DNA of 64,000 nt from assembly GCA_964036045.1 (NCBI GenBank), contig OZ038378.1, positions 54,436,001 through 54,500,000 of the forward strand, given 5' to 3'. The position numbers were made by a program, and so were the translations under genes. Under the pieces are notes generated by a model. That model was not told the origin of the DNA, did no database searches, and was given only the letters and a program-made list of their open reading frames with translations. This stretch comes from Eutreptiella sp. 'Long Island Sound 2002' (Eukaryota; Protista; Euglenida). Below, piece after piece: positions 24,152-38,386 of the stretch. Position 1 is the stretch's first letter. Every line of letters begins with the position of its first letter.

Positions 24152-25910
24152 ATAATACAAGCATGTTGGTTCTTCACTCTTTGCTCCTTCAATCATGAGG
24201 CTAATGAGATTCTCTTGTGTTTGTAGGAGCGCACATGTAGCAACATTGCCTTTCGTGTACATACAATTGCCGTTGAAGTACACATTGTCAATGTTGATTA
24301 CTTTGTACACCAAGGGTTACGGATCCTCCAAGGACATCTACAACTTGCATTCCTTTGTGTCAAAACATTATGAGTTCATCAAACTGTCTGTAGAAGTGTG
24401 TTAGCTATTACTTGAAAGTTCATCAGGTTGACCAATATGGTGTACCGGAGGTTAAAATGGGGATCTCATAAAACATGTCACATGGTAACATTGAAAAGGT
24501 TGGCCTGAGATGCATGGTCAATGGTGACGTGCCCCGTGCCCTAATTGGACCGTCCAAGGCTGGAGTTTGAATATAATATCAGTGGATACTGTGACGTTGT
24601 GCCGCTGTTTGTAGTCCACACAATCCTTATCTTAGCCCACGCACAGTGCTTCCCCTTTTTGAACCGAAGCACCAAAAAATTGTCATTGAAAAAAAGGGTT
24701 TTTTTTGCTATTTTGAAGGTACTGTTATCCACCCCCTCCGACAAAATTCATTTTTCATGAAGTTTCCCCTTTTGTTGCTCTTTTCAGGGGGTCAAAGAAT
24801 TATTGTGTCTTCAAAATCAGAATGGCCAGTGGGCAGCGGCGTCAACGCCATCACCTCAAGGCCACAGAAAAGGTGTTTACACCCAAAGATACCGTCTGGT
24901 GCATCCTTGACTTGGAAATTCGGAGAAAGAGGTGCTCTACGTGCCCTACGTGCACACCATGTTGCGTTGTCAATGTGGACGGAGCTTTCAGCCGCGCTGG
25001 TTAAGACGTAGGGTTTAAAGGCATATCTTATTGGTGCAATAGAGAGTGCCTACCGAACCTTCATGGAACTTTCATGTACAAGCATTCTTCCAGAAGAAGT
25101 TTTGGCCCAATTTCGATGCTATCCTCAAGTGTTTTTGCATGAAAGCAAGGAATTGAATGGTTGTTCAAGCCATGTTCAACCGCGCGGTTGAACTATTTCA
25201 ACCATCTCAACCCGGACGTTCCCAACGTTTACAGAAGTGGGCGTGTCCAAGAGAAAACGTGATGATGCACCCGTTGTTCGCCTTGTAAATAAATTTGTCA
25301 CACGTTGTCTACCAGGCCACAGTTATACATGCAATTCCCATTGTTTGGGGGGATGGATGTGCACCCATGGATGCGCACAAACATCCAAAGGATGACTCTG
25401 TGTTGAATGGCGTGGTGCTGGTACACAATCGTCCTGGTGGTGGTCTCTTTAGCACGGCTTGGACCGGCCGGGGGGGGGGGACTGAATCCTGTATGGATGC
25501 AATATGGCCATAATATTCTTCATGGGCTTTTTTTTGTCTGTGCATCCCTGCGTTACCCCTGGGGTGCTAGGGGGCTCTGTCTGTAGTGGCGTACAAAGGT
25601 AATGTTTTCCATCACATGAACAAATGGTGTAGGGTCACTCCAAAAACTAAGCAACTCCTACTTCAAGCCCCAATCAGAGGTATGAACAGTGAAGGTGTGG
25701 TGTCCGCGTTCACTTACTCCTGTTAGTCAGTTTCAGCTACTTGTGGTTCAGGAGGACAAACAATAGGTGTGCAGAAATTGAATTGTTTAAAAAGAAGAAA
25801 ACAAAAAAACTGATATAAATACAGTGCACCAGTTACTTCAGTGTTTCCGGGTGGGGCACGGCTGTACTCCTCCGTTCACTGCTGTATCAGAGATTCAACC
25901 TGTCAGTCTT

Positions 25911-28165
25911 CTAGTCCTGCAGTACTCTGTATGCATCGGTACGGAATGTGTCCCATTGTGTTTTTTCAATGAGTTCGTGGCATATGGCTTGCATTTTTGG
26001 GTATGTCTCAGTTGCCCTGATCTTTATACACATCTCCACAGTGGTGTGCGGTACCCTGCTGCTCTGGGAATATTTGATCAGGCTTGGGGTTCGAGAGGAG
26101 GAGTCAAAAAGGCTATCAAAGAGCGAGTCACTGGTGAGGTCTTTTCCTTGGGCAAACCATGGCAACTCTTCATATAACCGGTAGAGACCTTGGATGGCTC
26201 ACAGGTCATGCGCAGTACAGAGCATAGCAAGAATGGCATGAATGTTCTTCTGATCGGTTCCGAAGTCTTTTGGGCTGCAAGCATATTTGAAGGCTGGCAG
26301 TGAAGTGGTAGCCAAATCTGGCAGGTTGAAGGATTCCAGGTAATCGGATCTGGTGACCTGATGTGTGACCTAAGATTTATCAGAGTCACTGGAGCTGAAA
26401 TGAAGGTCCGGTAGTTCGATGTCTGCGTCTGAGTCGGCCGATACATATGGGAACATACTGGTGTGACCTACATTTGTGTGCCACATCTCAGTTGACATGA
26501 AGTGTGTGCGGACCACGGTTGATAGGATTTCTGAAAGAAACTGGTGAAAGGCTGGTTCCATAGGGCACAGGAGGGACTACTGCTCAGCAGGTGTATCATA
26601 TACCAAAGGGTTGTGGTTCCAGTAATTTACTGGATCCTGCCTAGTGGGTGCAGCTGGGGCGTCAAAATCTTCCGTGTCATCCCAGAAGCATCCTCGCAGG
26701 GGGCTTGGTGTATGGCAACTCAGCGGAGTTAGCGGAGGAGTGTCGGCGGGTCGGCGGTCTTGCTCGTCTGGTCGTGTATTCTGACCGTTTGCGCTGCCGG
26801 AGGGCACTTCGTGTATGTGGAGTGGATGTGCTGTCTTCTGGTTGTGGTGTAGGTTTCGGCGTTTGCGACGGTCTTGGCTGTTTTTGGCATCTCTTAGGGA
26901 TAAACCTTCCTTTGTTTCTGAACCATTGCTGCCTACTCTCTTCAAGTGTCCATGTTCGGCAACAGTCCAAACAGCCGTCGGTCGATACTGTCGATCTCGG
27001 GGTTTGATTTTGTAGTTTTTCATCGTCTTCGAGACGGTAGACCAGTCTTCGTCATCGTCTTCGCATGATTGAAAGTTTCCTTCATCCTTCAGCGAGTCCC
27101 AGACAGTGGAGGATTTAAATCTAGAGGTTTCTGAGTGTCAACGGATCGTTTGCGATTGGACTGCAAATTGGAATTGAGAGAAGGCAAAATTACTGAGGTG
27201 GAGTTGACCTTGGGTACTTGTTGTGTCCGGTAGAGTGCTTCAACATACAGATTGCTGGCTTGGGAAATTTCAGCTTTTTTCTTCCTAGAATTGAATGGCT
27301 CGGTGCTTGATTTCGAACTTCTGGTTTGATGTAATGCACAGACAGCAGTTTGGGAGATGCGTAGGTTTTGGATGTCCACGCCACTTGACTGTCAAACAAT
27401 ATTTCCCGGCAGGAGATGTGTGTTGGCATATTGCAATCCTTTGGCGTCCAGTAAGTCTCAATGGAGTGCTGAACAGTGTTAAACGCGCAGGAACTGCTTC
27501 ACTACGGCTTTTGAGGGTCAGAGGTGTGAACACGGGCACAGCTTTGGGCCTTGGGCTCATCCGTGGTTGGTTGCGAGTGATTATAGTAGCATCTCTTTCC
27601 GTAGCGGCAAATTCCCAGCCTGTGATAGTTGCTTATGGGCCTTCGGCCGGTTGCCATCAACAGGACAGAGATAAGATTCAGATGTTGGAAGGGTTGGCGG
27701 TTGTCAGGTTCATCTGATTGTAGATGATGTCTTCTAGGCGGCTCATCCTTTGGAACCGATGACAGACAAGTAGAAGGTGTTGGTGGCGTTGCCTGTCCTG
27801 TATCTTGCGGTGCTGGGATTTCGGCATGACGGGTGTCATATCTGTGGGAAACGGAGGAAGGCAAGGACCTCAGCAGTGTGATATGCCGCTCTTCAGGGAG
27901 GTCGGAAGTTTGAGGAAAATCGTGTTGATGGGGTGCTGGCATAATTTAAGAGTGCGTAATCTACCATGGCATCGTAGATTTGTTGGACATTTGAAGAAAG
28001 ACGGTGCTGGCGTTTATTGAGCTCTTTGAAGTAGCGATCTGGCGGCGCTTCCGCGGGACGCCTGAGTTCCTTTAACTGGGAATTTGGAACACGTTGCAGT
28101 TGACGAAGTCGTACACAGAGGCTAGGTGTGGGTACCTTTGCAGCAGGGGCTGCCCGGGCGCTCAA
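25911..28165 (-). pseudogene. Decayed multi-domain gene with CCCH-like finger and zf-trcl-like zinc ribbon
   Basis: NYHRLGICRYGKRCYYNH (about 27577-27640); GCLDCCRTWTLEESRQQWFRNKGRFIPKRC (about 26895-26975); acidic EDDDEDW linker; several frame breaks. Confidence 0.5.
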
Positions 28166-28899
28166 CGTGTCAGGAAACCTGCGACAGTTTTCTTCGTGGG
28201 CTTTTTATAGATGCACGAACGGGGTGATTTTCAACGCATGGGGTACGCATGGGCCTGAGCGATTGGAGGGTGAGAAGTTTGCGATCTTGGCATATACATC
28301 TATGGCATGTGACCGCCTTCGCGCACCAATGCGCATGGGGCTCTTGCACACCAGACTCGCTTGGTGAGAGGCAGGTATTGTAGATTAGATTCGATGTCAA
28401 CTGTTTGCTCCATCCCTGTGTGATCGTGTTTGTGTGCTCCCGTTTCCCCTAACGCACTCCAACCCGGTTGAATAGGTTCCACCGTGTTCAACTGTCTTCG
28501 ACTGCGGTGTTGAACAAGGTTGATCACTGGGGTGCGGCACTATAAAGGTAGGGCAAAAAGGATGCTTTTGTGGTGAAAAAATGGTGACATAACACATGAA
28601 ATTCATACCAACCCTCGAAAAACCACCAAAGATGGAACGGAATACAAAGGAGCACAATGAAGGTGTAACTTTAAATGGGTGTAAGTTGGGGTGTTCAAGC
28701 GCCTTAGTTGAACCCCATGGCCCCTTCCACACTACCAATTAACATAATAGAAAGGGGCGGGGGGCTGCAAGGGGTAATGCATGGAATAGGACATCAGGCA
28801 TTACTGTATTATTACACTCACGGCACAACCTCATGGACGTCGTAAAATGTCATCATGATAGGTCAAAAGCGCAACATTTGGTGTCAACCTTCTAGAGGT

Positions 28900-30145
28900 G
28901 TTGAGCCACTGTTCATGGGGTGGTCACAGGCTTGGTTGAAGTCGGTTGAACAGCGGATGAACATTGGACAAGGCACTATGGTATGCAAAAGGTGCCACTA
29001 CAGAAGTCTAGCCGCAAGGCATTGATGATAGACTGGACTGCCCAGTCCGCACGGCCATTACTCTCTGGTCCATACACTATAGACGTGTCTCGTGTACTGC
29101 CAGCCAGACCACACAGGGCGTCAAAAAAGGTCGACGTAATGACGGACGGATTATCAGAAAGTATCTCCCTGGGCATCTCTGTAAAAAAGGTACAATAGTG
29201 CAGAAATACGGTGGCAGCTTGATGGCTTGTCAGCCGCTCCTGTCTACATGTGATGGCGAGAACATAACGTGCCAAACAACACACGATACCCATCGCATAC
29301 TCCACCTTCACCTCTGTTTCAGGACGTTTCACTTCAGCCACGGATAGAAAGTACATTGCCAGTGATGCAACGGGATAGGCGGGGCTGGGTAAGCCCGCAC
29401 ATGAATCAGGATGTGGGCCCCTTCATGCTTTGGACTTTCCACATACCACAGTGGCATCCACACGTTCCTTCACTGTGTGCCACAGGTAACGTGCGGACAG
29501 ATTGCGGACATGAAACTGTCGCGCGAGCAGTTCCAGGCTTTTGGGGGTACATGGATGTGAAAAGTAGGGTGCTGCTTCTATGACCGTGCTCTGGATGGCG
29601 CGAGGAAACACTGCCCTACCATCCACCCTGACATGGGGGTGTCCCCACTGTGGTTCATGCCACGGTTAGGTTGCATACTGGATACTTTTCTTGATACCCT
29701 AGTTCAACAGGGTTTTCTGGTCGGGGTCATGAGCGTAGTATGGTTCCCAAACCTCATACAGGATACTACACGGTAGGGGCACATTGACCAATGTGACAGA
29801 AGCAACTAGGGCGTGGGGATTATGAGGAGGCTCCCTCATCAGATGGGCCATGCCATGGAGGTCCGGATCCTCAAAGAACTCAGCATCCATGGACTCTTCA
29901 GCCTCATAACCATGGTCAAGATCATCACAATCACTTTGCAGGATGTTCACGAAACCACACATCTGCATGTCCGCAGCCAGTGGCAGATGGGCAGGATTTC
30001 GGATGGAGCAGAGCATCAGCTCTCCTCTAGGCACGCAGCTTGTCTGGAGTGGCCGTTTACAGGCTGGCGCACGCACAACCAAAGCACGGATAGTGGCTGG
30101 CCGCGCGCAGATTGCTGAACCCGCTGCAGTGACCACGGAATTCAT
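28900..30145 (-). pseudogene. Old Ty3/Gypsy integrase relic
   Basis: HPCTPKSLELLARQF...VKERVDATVVCGKSK (HHCC remnant); YAMGIVCCLARYVLAITC; EILSDNPSVITSTFFDALCGLAG...YGPESNGRADWAVQSIINALR (rve core). Confidence 0.85.
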
Positions 30146-33020
30146 TTCCTCATTACCAAAAGGGCTTCCGAAGTATAGTGAAAAAATTCCGGGTTTGAAA
30201 TGTCTTTGCCAATTACAACCAACATCTCAAAAACTGAATGATATTTCCAACATACAAAACAAGGGCAACCCAATATATGCTTTATTGACGGCAACATTTG
30301 CTGTAGGTGCTTTTTGCAATGAAAAACTGCGCAGGCGTCAAAAAAAATATATTGACCAGCTACGGTGACTACCAGCCAGGTCAATTTCACTACTCTCGCG
30401 GGCTTGCCAACAGCACCAAACCGGTGCAGTAGGAAGAGAGAATCATGTCGCTGTCCAAACTGAGAGTTAGTAAAATAAAAGCATTAGTCCATATAAAATT
30501 GGTTACTTCATTGAGTTTTGGGAGGCAACAGAAAATGCTGGCCTACCCTACCTTGGAAGGGGCTACCTACCACAAAGTGAGCAGGATTCCATGACTTGTT
30601 TTGAAATCTGAATGATCGTATTGAATACCAGATGCCTTGGAATGTGGGATAGCGGTTAGCGGCGCACTTTAAATAGAGGCAATAGGTAAATATACATAGA
30701 TATGCAACAAAGTAATTGGTCGTCGGCGGGGGGTATTTGGCCTCAATCACTGGGGAACGGGGGGTACACAAGGATATTTGCTCTAACCACACTCCGTGAT
30801 GCTCTCCGTGGAGGCGATCAAAAACTTGGGTCTTGCTAGCAAATGGACAAAAATTTTCCCGGCCCTTCCAAAAATTGTTTACCGAGAGCCAGCGTTACAC
30901 TCCACATTCTCATCCATGTACGCACACCGCCACCATAGGAAACATATGATAGCCGAGGTGGTTGCACAAGTTGGGAACAACCACATAGTTCTCCGGGCAG
31001 AGCCCAGGCTCTACCGAAATTCATGTTAGCAGAGATGGCAGCCTAGCCCTGCAAAAAAAAATCAACAGTCTATGTGCACTTCGCTCATGTGTGGGTAATA
31101 AAGGTGACCGAGCTTAGCATTCTAATATCAAACATACAAGTCGTGTTCTCGTCCGTTCGACAGCACTCAACTGGCTCCAAGACTTTCAATGATGACACCA
31201 CTAGAGCTTCTTGCGTTGATTGATAGGTACGCCAATTGCGAACACGGATAATCTGATCTGCAAACTCCCCAATATGCGGACTTGGACTTACATGCGCGTT
31301 ACAAGAGCCAACCAATCGAGGCCTATTTGATGCCAAAACCCTTCTAGTAGGTAGTTGTCCTCAATGCACAATATTCCAAGCCGTTCATGTGCCACAAGTG
31401 CAAGCTTTACCAAAACCGGCCGCCCAATGTGACACGAAACGGGGTTACCAAAATCTTGATCCCAAATATAATACATAGGTGATAAAATTTGCCACTGTTT
31501 AACCTTCCATTCAGTGAGCTTCCCTTGACAAATGCTATCACTTTTCGTTTTTGCATGCAATACAATGTTGTGCATCATCCCGACGGTTTATTTGATGCAT
31601 GGACAAGAATGATTCTCCAATAACCTGTAAACTATCAAATGATGCAAGATGTATTTCCTTCCGTTGCAAAGGAGTCAGGTTGCCTTTTCTTTCAAAACAG
31701 CACCCGAACGGGTTGGTAGCAGGCAAAAATGGCCCGAGACAGCCTAAAAGAAAGTTTAGAGGCACGTTGTACACGTGAGGCTTTGTTTTGAGAAGGAAAT
31801 AGCCCGTGCTGATTTCGAAAAAGAGCACCACTCACCCCAAAATATTTCAATCTTGTCCATGTGCAGCCAGATTTCTGTGTCACGGGGTTCAAGTCTAAAC
31901 GGGGTAGTAGCAGCCTAAAATGGCTTGAGGTTGACAAAAAATGGGGTTCAGGGTCATGGGACGCTTTTTCTTTAGGATACAATAGCCCACCCACCCCTAT
32001 TTTGAGGGTAGTGATTTTGACAAAGCGTACAACCTTTCCCAAAAACACTGATCTTGCCCATGTGTGGCCAAATTTTCTGTATACTAGGGTTAAAACCCAT
32101 ATTGGTTGGTAGCAAGCCAAAATGACCTGAACCGGCCGCGACATTGTTTTCAAGGGCACGTGAGCCCCTTTTCTGAGCATAGAATACCTCCTCCCTATAT
32201 TCAGAGTGGAAATTTGGAAAATGAGCACGAGATTCCCCAGAACTATCAATATGTTCCATGTGCAGCCATATTTGTGTATTCCAGGCTTAAAACCCAGACT
32301 AATTGGAGAATGCCATTATGGTCCGAAACGGCCAAAAAATGGGCTTCAGTGGAGCGTGACGTCCTTTTTTGCGCATAGAATAGGCCACCTCCCTGTTTTG
32401 AGAGCGCAAATTTGGAAAAAAGGCCGATTTTATCCTACATAAATTATTCCAGCCCCTCCTTTAAATTTTTGGGGAAACTGAACTGCTAAGGTCATAGGTG
32501 GAGTCACAACCGTTCAACGCACATTATTCATGTGCAACTTTTTTCTTTTTGCTTTGCAAGTCAACAATGCACTCTGCTTTACTTGCTTGCATACAGAGGC
32601 CAACCACTGTGTGATTACAACCACGTCCAGATGAAGGCACTTTGTTGGAGTTTGAAAAATTCACACAACCACAGTGTACAACTCACATGAAAAAGCGTAA
32701 AAGGCAACAGGGATGCGCTTCAAAGTGAATGTGCTAAGTCGCACGTCATTACAAAGCTGGTACCACAATTTGAAACACCTCAGACGGCCCACATGCGAGC
32801 GCCTATGTAGCCAAGCTGGCCAATTGCAAAGTGTTCCCACTTCCATCCCCAAATGGAAAATTCTATTGCCTTCGACAGTGCACCTCGAAGAGAGGTTGAC
32901 AGTCAGCCAATCAGTCCCTGAGCCAGCAAGCAGGCAGTCAGAAAGATACACACAGTTTGGGTTTTTTGTCAGTGATAGATGCGGTCCCAAGCAGCAAGGA
33001 GGCCATTCGCCACATTTCAA

Positions 33021-33088
33021 GTAGTGGCCGAGTGGTAACGCAGCCGACGGGCATTCGTGTGGTCGGCGGTTCGAACCCCAGTCTGCCC
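33021..33088 (+). ncRNA. tRNA-derived (SINE-head-like) unit 1
   Basis: A box TGGCCGAGTGG and B box GGTTCGAACCC; no convincing cloverleaf or anticodon. Confidence 0.55.
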
Positions 33089-33123
33089 ACTTTGGCGCCG
33101 CCGCCGGCGGCGGCGCTAAAAGT

Positions 33124-33193
33124 CAGCAGATCAGGATTCGAACCGACGCCTGCACATCTGGCATCGGCTGCGCTACCATTGGACCGCTGGCAG
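33124..33193 (-). ncRNA. tRNA-derived (SINE-head-like) unit 2, inverted paralogue of unit 1
   Basis: Minus strand GCCAGCGGTCCAATGGTAGCGCAGCCG...GGTTCGAATCC; shares GCAGCCGA and the B box with unit 1. Confidence 0.55.
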
Positions 33194-36100
33194 TGTTACC
33201 AGCACCTTGCGTCCTCACTGCTTGTAGCCTATTAAGCAAAAACTTTTGACCCACCCCCCCACCCCCCCCACCCCCCCTCAAAAAAGTGATATCCAGTTTT
33301 AGGGGGTAGCGGCCTCAAAATCAAAAAATCCATTGGGGGATGCTCTTATTGGGCAAAATAATGATTTTACAAGGGGTTGGACATCCAATATCATGCCTTG
33401 GGGTATGCTACGCGAATGACCCCAAAAAGGGGGGGTATATGACGCCCGCGCCTGCGCTTGATCTAACAACCTCTCTTCGAGGTGATTTTAAGGGACCCTC
33501 TGACAGCAGATGTTTGATTGCCAATCCATGTACTTCTACGCTAATGTTGATTTTGCCTCCGCACATGAAGCGCAAGCAATGCCCCGAACGGCAAAAAGCT
33601 ATGTAGCCACTGCGCCCACTTGCGGGACTTTTGCGGATTTTCTCCCACGCTCCGCGGTGTTGCGCACCGCTAAGGCGGCATGCATTGTGTAACCCATCTG
33701 CCCACTTGTTGCCCCCTACAGAACCCCGCGGACAAACGGCATTTTGTAGCTAATGCGGCCACTTGTGTGCCAATACGGATGCCGTCCCCTCCTCTGAAGC
33801 ATTGGAGGTGTCCCAAGCAGTACGGGCTATGCCGCCCACCCACCCATGTGTGGTGCATTTCTTATTCTTGCCCCCACTTTGGTGCGTCGGGGGCCCGTTG
33901 AATAGCACACCAAGGCGTCCATGTGTGGCAATCTTCTGATCCACTCCTCATAAAAAAATGTTTGTGATGGAAACCACACAAGTTGTGTAGCCGATCTGCC
34001 CGTTAGAGGGCAACTTCTGGTTTTAGCGCCACCTTTGAGGCATTGATGACCCCAAAAACCGCAAATTTTTGTTGCCAATGCGCCCGTGAGTGGAAAAATT
34101 TCGCTTTGTTCTCTTACTCTGACGCGTTACGGTTCCCCCGGGGCGGCAGGGTTTTATGGAGCCACTCCGCACCTTGTTGGGCCACTGCAGATTTTGACCT
34201 CCCCTTTGATAGGTAGGAAACCCCTCGATGTTGTTGATTGTACCAAGAAAATGACCCCATGGATGCAGTGTGCTGAATCTAGCTTCACCTTGGACCCCAT
34301 GCCTTGGTGGCCTCACCGAACTCTTGTGGCCAAAAGCCATGACACACTGTGTATATGGATTGTTTGTCCCTTTGAATGGCTCGTCTGGTCAGATGGTTTC
34401 ATAATTTGGGTTTCGGACCCTGGGGCACTATTTCCTTGGTGCATGCTTTCTTCGCAGAGCTCAAGCCGCATGGCATCACTACCAAGCACCGTGCCTTGGA
34501 ATTCTAAAGAAAGTGTTGGTCTTGTGGGTTTGGAATTTTTCAGTAAAAGTGTAAACAGTTGTAATTCTTTTTGCACCACGATTATTTTTTGCAGTAAACA
34601 CAAATACAAAATTGTCAAATCGTGAAACTTTTTTCCGGTAAACTCGAGAACAAAAATTTTTATGTCAAATTGTGTAATTGTTTTTGAACGGATACAGTTT
34701 ATACACAATTGCCGCAAAAACCCAATTATACAGCGTGATAATTTTTTTAGTTACACACATTTACTGCAAAAAAATGTTTTGCGCGAATTGAAACGCACAG
34801 AAAAACTTCTCTGAACCAGCCCAAGATAATTCAGTTTACGTCAAAACCACCCCCTCCGTGGACAGAAAACCCCTTGGGGGCGGGGGGGGGGGGGGTTCAC
34901 CTAGAACAAAATGGTGGTGGGGGGTGTTTCCTCCCCTACCACATATATCAATAGTACTTTATGTAGTGAGTTGCGTCCATACATTAGGGCAAGGGAATTT
35001 GGATAATTTTCCTGCATCAACAAAAAGATAGTATGAAACAGTGCGTACTGTGCAACACACCAGTGGATTTCTGGTGACAATACCCAAAGGTATGCACACA
35101 GAAGAGCAACCCGCTGATTACCCTACAAGAGGAAATGCTACAATCTTGCACAACACTTTTGCTTTCTTTCATTGAGATGTTCTAGGCCAGAGGGTGATGT
35201 GCATCTATAAATATCACATTGCGAGCCACCAAGGTTAGCAGGTGAGCATTGGTGCTGCAGGTGTCTTATCCCAAGCTCATGATAGCCATGGGAGGAGTCT
35301 CATGTGTTGGTATACTTCCAGCTGCATGATCACCGGGGATGGTGCACCATGGAGGGTTAGTGTAAGTGCCACATGTGCCATCGCAGACGAAAATTGTCCG
35401 TTATCAGTATGCCATAGTGTAGCCAATGATCTCAATAGTGCAACACCCACAATGTTCAATCTCACCCAACACTCGTTGCACATGGACCTGCAGATTTGAC
35501 GCAAAAATAGATCACAGACTATGGGTGAACAAAGTTCGACAGGCCCCCAGGGACTAGAATCAGCTTGCAAGTGATCCACTTCACCACAAGGCCCACTTTC
35601 AAGGCTTTTTTGGACTTCTGAGAGGCCAACATGCCCCAAAATGGGCTCAAAATGGGCTCGTTTCACCTGTTTGTGCACCCCAAATGGTCTAGGATGAGGT
35701 TTGGAAAAATGCGTTTTTGACCCATTTTCGACCCTTTTTTGGTCCCAAAACAGCCCATTTTCAAGGCATTTTGGGATTTGTGGAGGACCAAAATGGGCCA
35801 CCACAAGCTCAAAACAGTCCAAAAAACACTTGTTTTAGCATCACACATGGTGTAGGATCCTTTTTGAGAAAAGTCATCTTTTTGCCCCCATTGGACCATG
35901 TTGACCCATTTCGGCACCCACCTGTTTGGGCTTGAGCTTGCAGCTTGCCGCAGCCTGCTCGGGCTATGTAAGGGGGTCTAGGCGTCCGTTTGGGCAATTC
36001 TGAGGGGTTGAAACCACAAAAGGTGGGGGGTTGCGGGTGGACTAGGTGCCCTCGGAATCGCGTTTTGAGCCATGTAGCCAAAGATATGGCCTGTTCTTGG

Positions 36101-36913
36101 TTTGTGGCTGTCGCCAGCCCATCTGCACAAAATATGGGGCTTCTGGGGCCTTTTTGGGCCGTTTCAAGGACATATGGCGGAGTTAGAGGGCCGCAAAGGG
36201 CTCGTTGACATGGGAAAGTCAAGCCGCACGTGTAGTGTACCCACCCTTTCCCTTTATTTGGCCGTTTTGAATGGGTTCTAGGGCTGTTCTAGTCCAAAAA
36301 TGGCTGTTTTTGGCCCTAAATTGCAGTTTTTGGAACCGAAGTCCGCCACTTGCGACAGCTATTCCCGGCCGCCACCGTTGAGTTTCTCGCTCATACTTTG
36401 TGTGGTTGTCCCTCACACCCATAGGTATCATCCACCAAAATTTCAGCCGAATGCGAAGCACCACGGCGGAATTCTGATTTTTCCCCCTTTCGCGCGTGCT
36501 GCTTGCTGCTTGCTTGCTGCTTGCTTGCTGTTGCTGCTACCTGGTGGGTCCACCTTAGACACTAAAAGGGGTTATAAAACCAAGACTGGTTCCACTATCC
36601 ATTACCACCCATTCCAGTGAGCCGAAAACAAGCAGCAAGATACTCAACAGAGCAGCAGCCAAGCAAAGGTGTTCTGATCCCTCTAAAGGATGCCAAATGT
36701 ACAGTACGCACAAAATCCCATGGAATGCACATAGCTACGCCCCTGCTTGCACAAATCGTGTGCAGCAACATGATGTTCAATGAATTGGCAGTACTTAGTA
36801 AATTGCATATCATGCCACGCCATGATGAGGGTGCAGACGACAAGGAAAATTGAGCCCGGGAAAACAAATTTTGAAATGCAGCGCAAGTCCCACCATGTCA
36901 ACACCCTGGACAC

Positions 36914-37550
36914 TTAACTCTCAAGGGTCACCCAATCCCTACAACAACAAAAAGCTGCTGCTACTTCCCTTGCAAACATGCCATGTGTGAGCATTGGAGT
37001 CATGCAATACTGAACTACGATATTGTCAACGTACCTCCTGAAATAACCAACAGCAAGAGCACTGGTTTCACTAGAAGTGCACCGTGTGGGCATGGGTTCG
37101 GAAAAACTGGGAAATAGGACTTGCAGAGCGTCGCTTGTGCCCGCAGCAGTATACAGCCCTCCTTTGGTACTTAGAAGCTGGGGTGCACTGGGCTGACTGA
37201 TCTTTATTGGATCACTGTGTGATGACGTCATCACATCACTGAGCTATGACTGCACTGGTGCAACGCAGGGCAAAGGGCTTTGTGCCTGCATTCTGATAGC
37301 AACGTATAGGAATTGATATTGCTCGAACCATCCAACAGCTGAAACAGTCAATATCAGGGCTGTCCCCCAGAACGGAAAGAAAGAGCACTGGTCTCTGTTG
37401 TGATCCGAAATCAGCAGCAACTGGAAACAGCTGGCAACAGCCATCTGTTAATTGAGACTGGCAGTCACCACGAGTTGGTACCAACTGCCACTGGCTACGG
37501 TGGCCAGCCTCAAGAAACAAAGGAAAAAACTGCCCCATAAGGACCACCAC
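36914..37550 (-). pseudogene. Possible decayed non-LTR/Penelope-like RT fragment
   Basis: KGGLYTAAGTSDALQVLF..SE followed by GYFRRYVDNIV resembles the RT G..G...S.. and RYVDD motifs; weak. Confidence 0.3.
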
Positions 37551-38386
37551 CCTGACTAAAAGAGGTGGTAACCCATGGGGTCATGCATGCGCAACTGACT
37601 GCTTGAGCGATGGTGCCAGGATGGCGGAATAGTGCCGCGCAAGGTACAAATGGGTGAAACCATGGATCACAGGTTGCACGTGTATCTGAGTGGCAGGGTA
37701 CTCTCGGCAGTACCATGTGCCATCACAAACCACTAGTCAGGTGCCTATGCAGCATTGGCACCTTTCTGCAAGGAGAGGCACACAGCATATTGTGACCAAG
37801 AAGTGGTCAGCATGCTTATATGGCACCCAAACCCTGCCTGAACGCCGTGGGGCCGAAAAAGGTACATCGCACCACATCACTATGACATCCCCCCCAAAGC
37901 GGCTGGTAACCAGAGCCCTTGGCTGGTTCAGGACCTGGAGCAGATACGAAAGGGGAAAACGGTCATGCAGGGGAAATAGGGAAACAATGGACAAATATAT
38001 GGCAACACACGCGAACACCGCGGGGGACAGCAGTGTCACCTGACTGCAGGCAGCGGTGTGCCCCTGGTAAAATCCCATGTCCAATCCGTGTAGTCTGCAT
38101 GGTGGAGACCCCGATGTGCCACGTGCAAGCATGCCCCCACCCTGGGTCACATAGGGCACTACACTGCGCCTCATGTGGCACTCTATGCCTGTACAGCCAA
38201 GGAGGGTGGGGGGGGGGGGTGTTTGAATATGAACACAATTGTATTGAAGAACTTTGGGGGGTCCCGAGAGGGAGGAGAGCTGGAGGGGGCTCTGGCCAGG
38301 GGACAGCCGAGGCCAAAAAGATTTTACCCCAACATACATAAAATGATTAGTGCGTTGTGCTAATCATTTTGATTGGTGCGTTGGTG

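Noticed and set aside
24095-24600. Possible viral capsid (jelly-roll) fragment on the minus strand
   Set aside because: Only a beta-rich, Asn-rich impression; no diagnostic motif and no packaging ATPase or polymerase nearby
27128-27139. 12-nt match TTTCTGAGTGTC to the Euglena spliced-leader exon as I recall it
   Set aside because: The rest of the SL exon and the donor site are absent, and it lies antisense within a decayed ORF; likely chance
31085-31336. Chromodomain-like fragment (DQIIRVR..EALVV)
   Set aside because: Aromatic cage residues and the KW.G motif are missing
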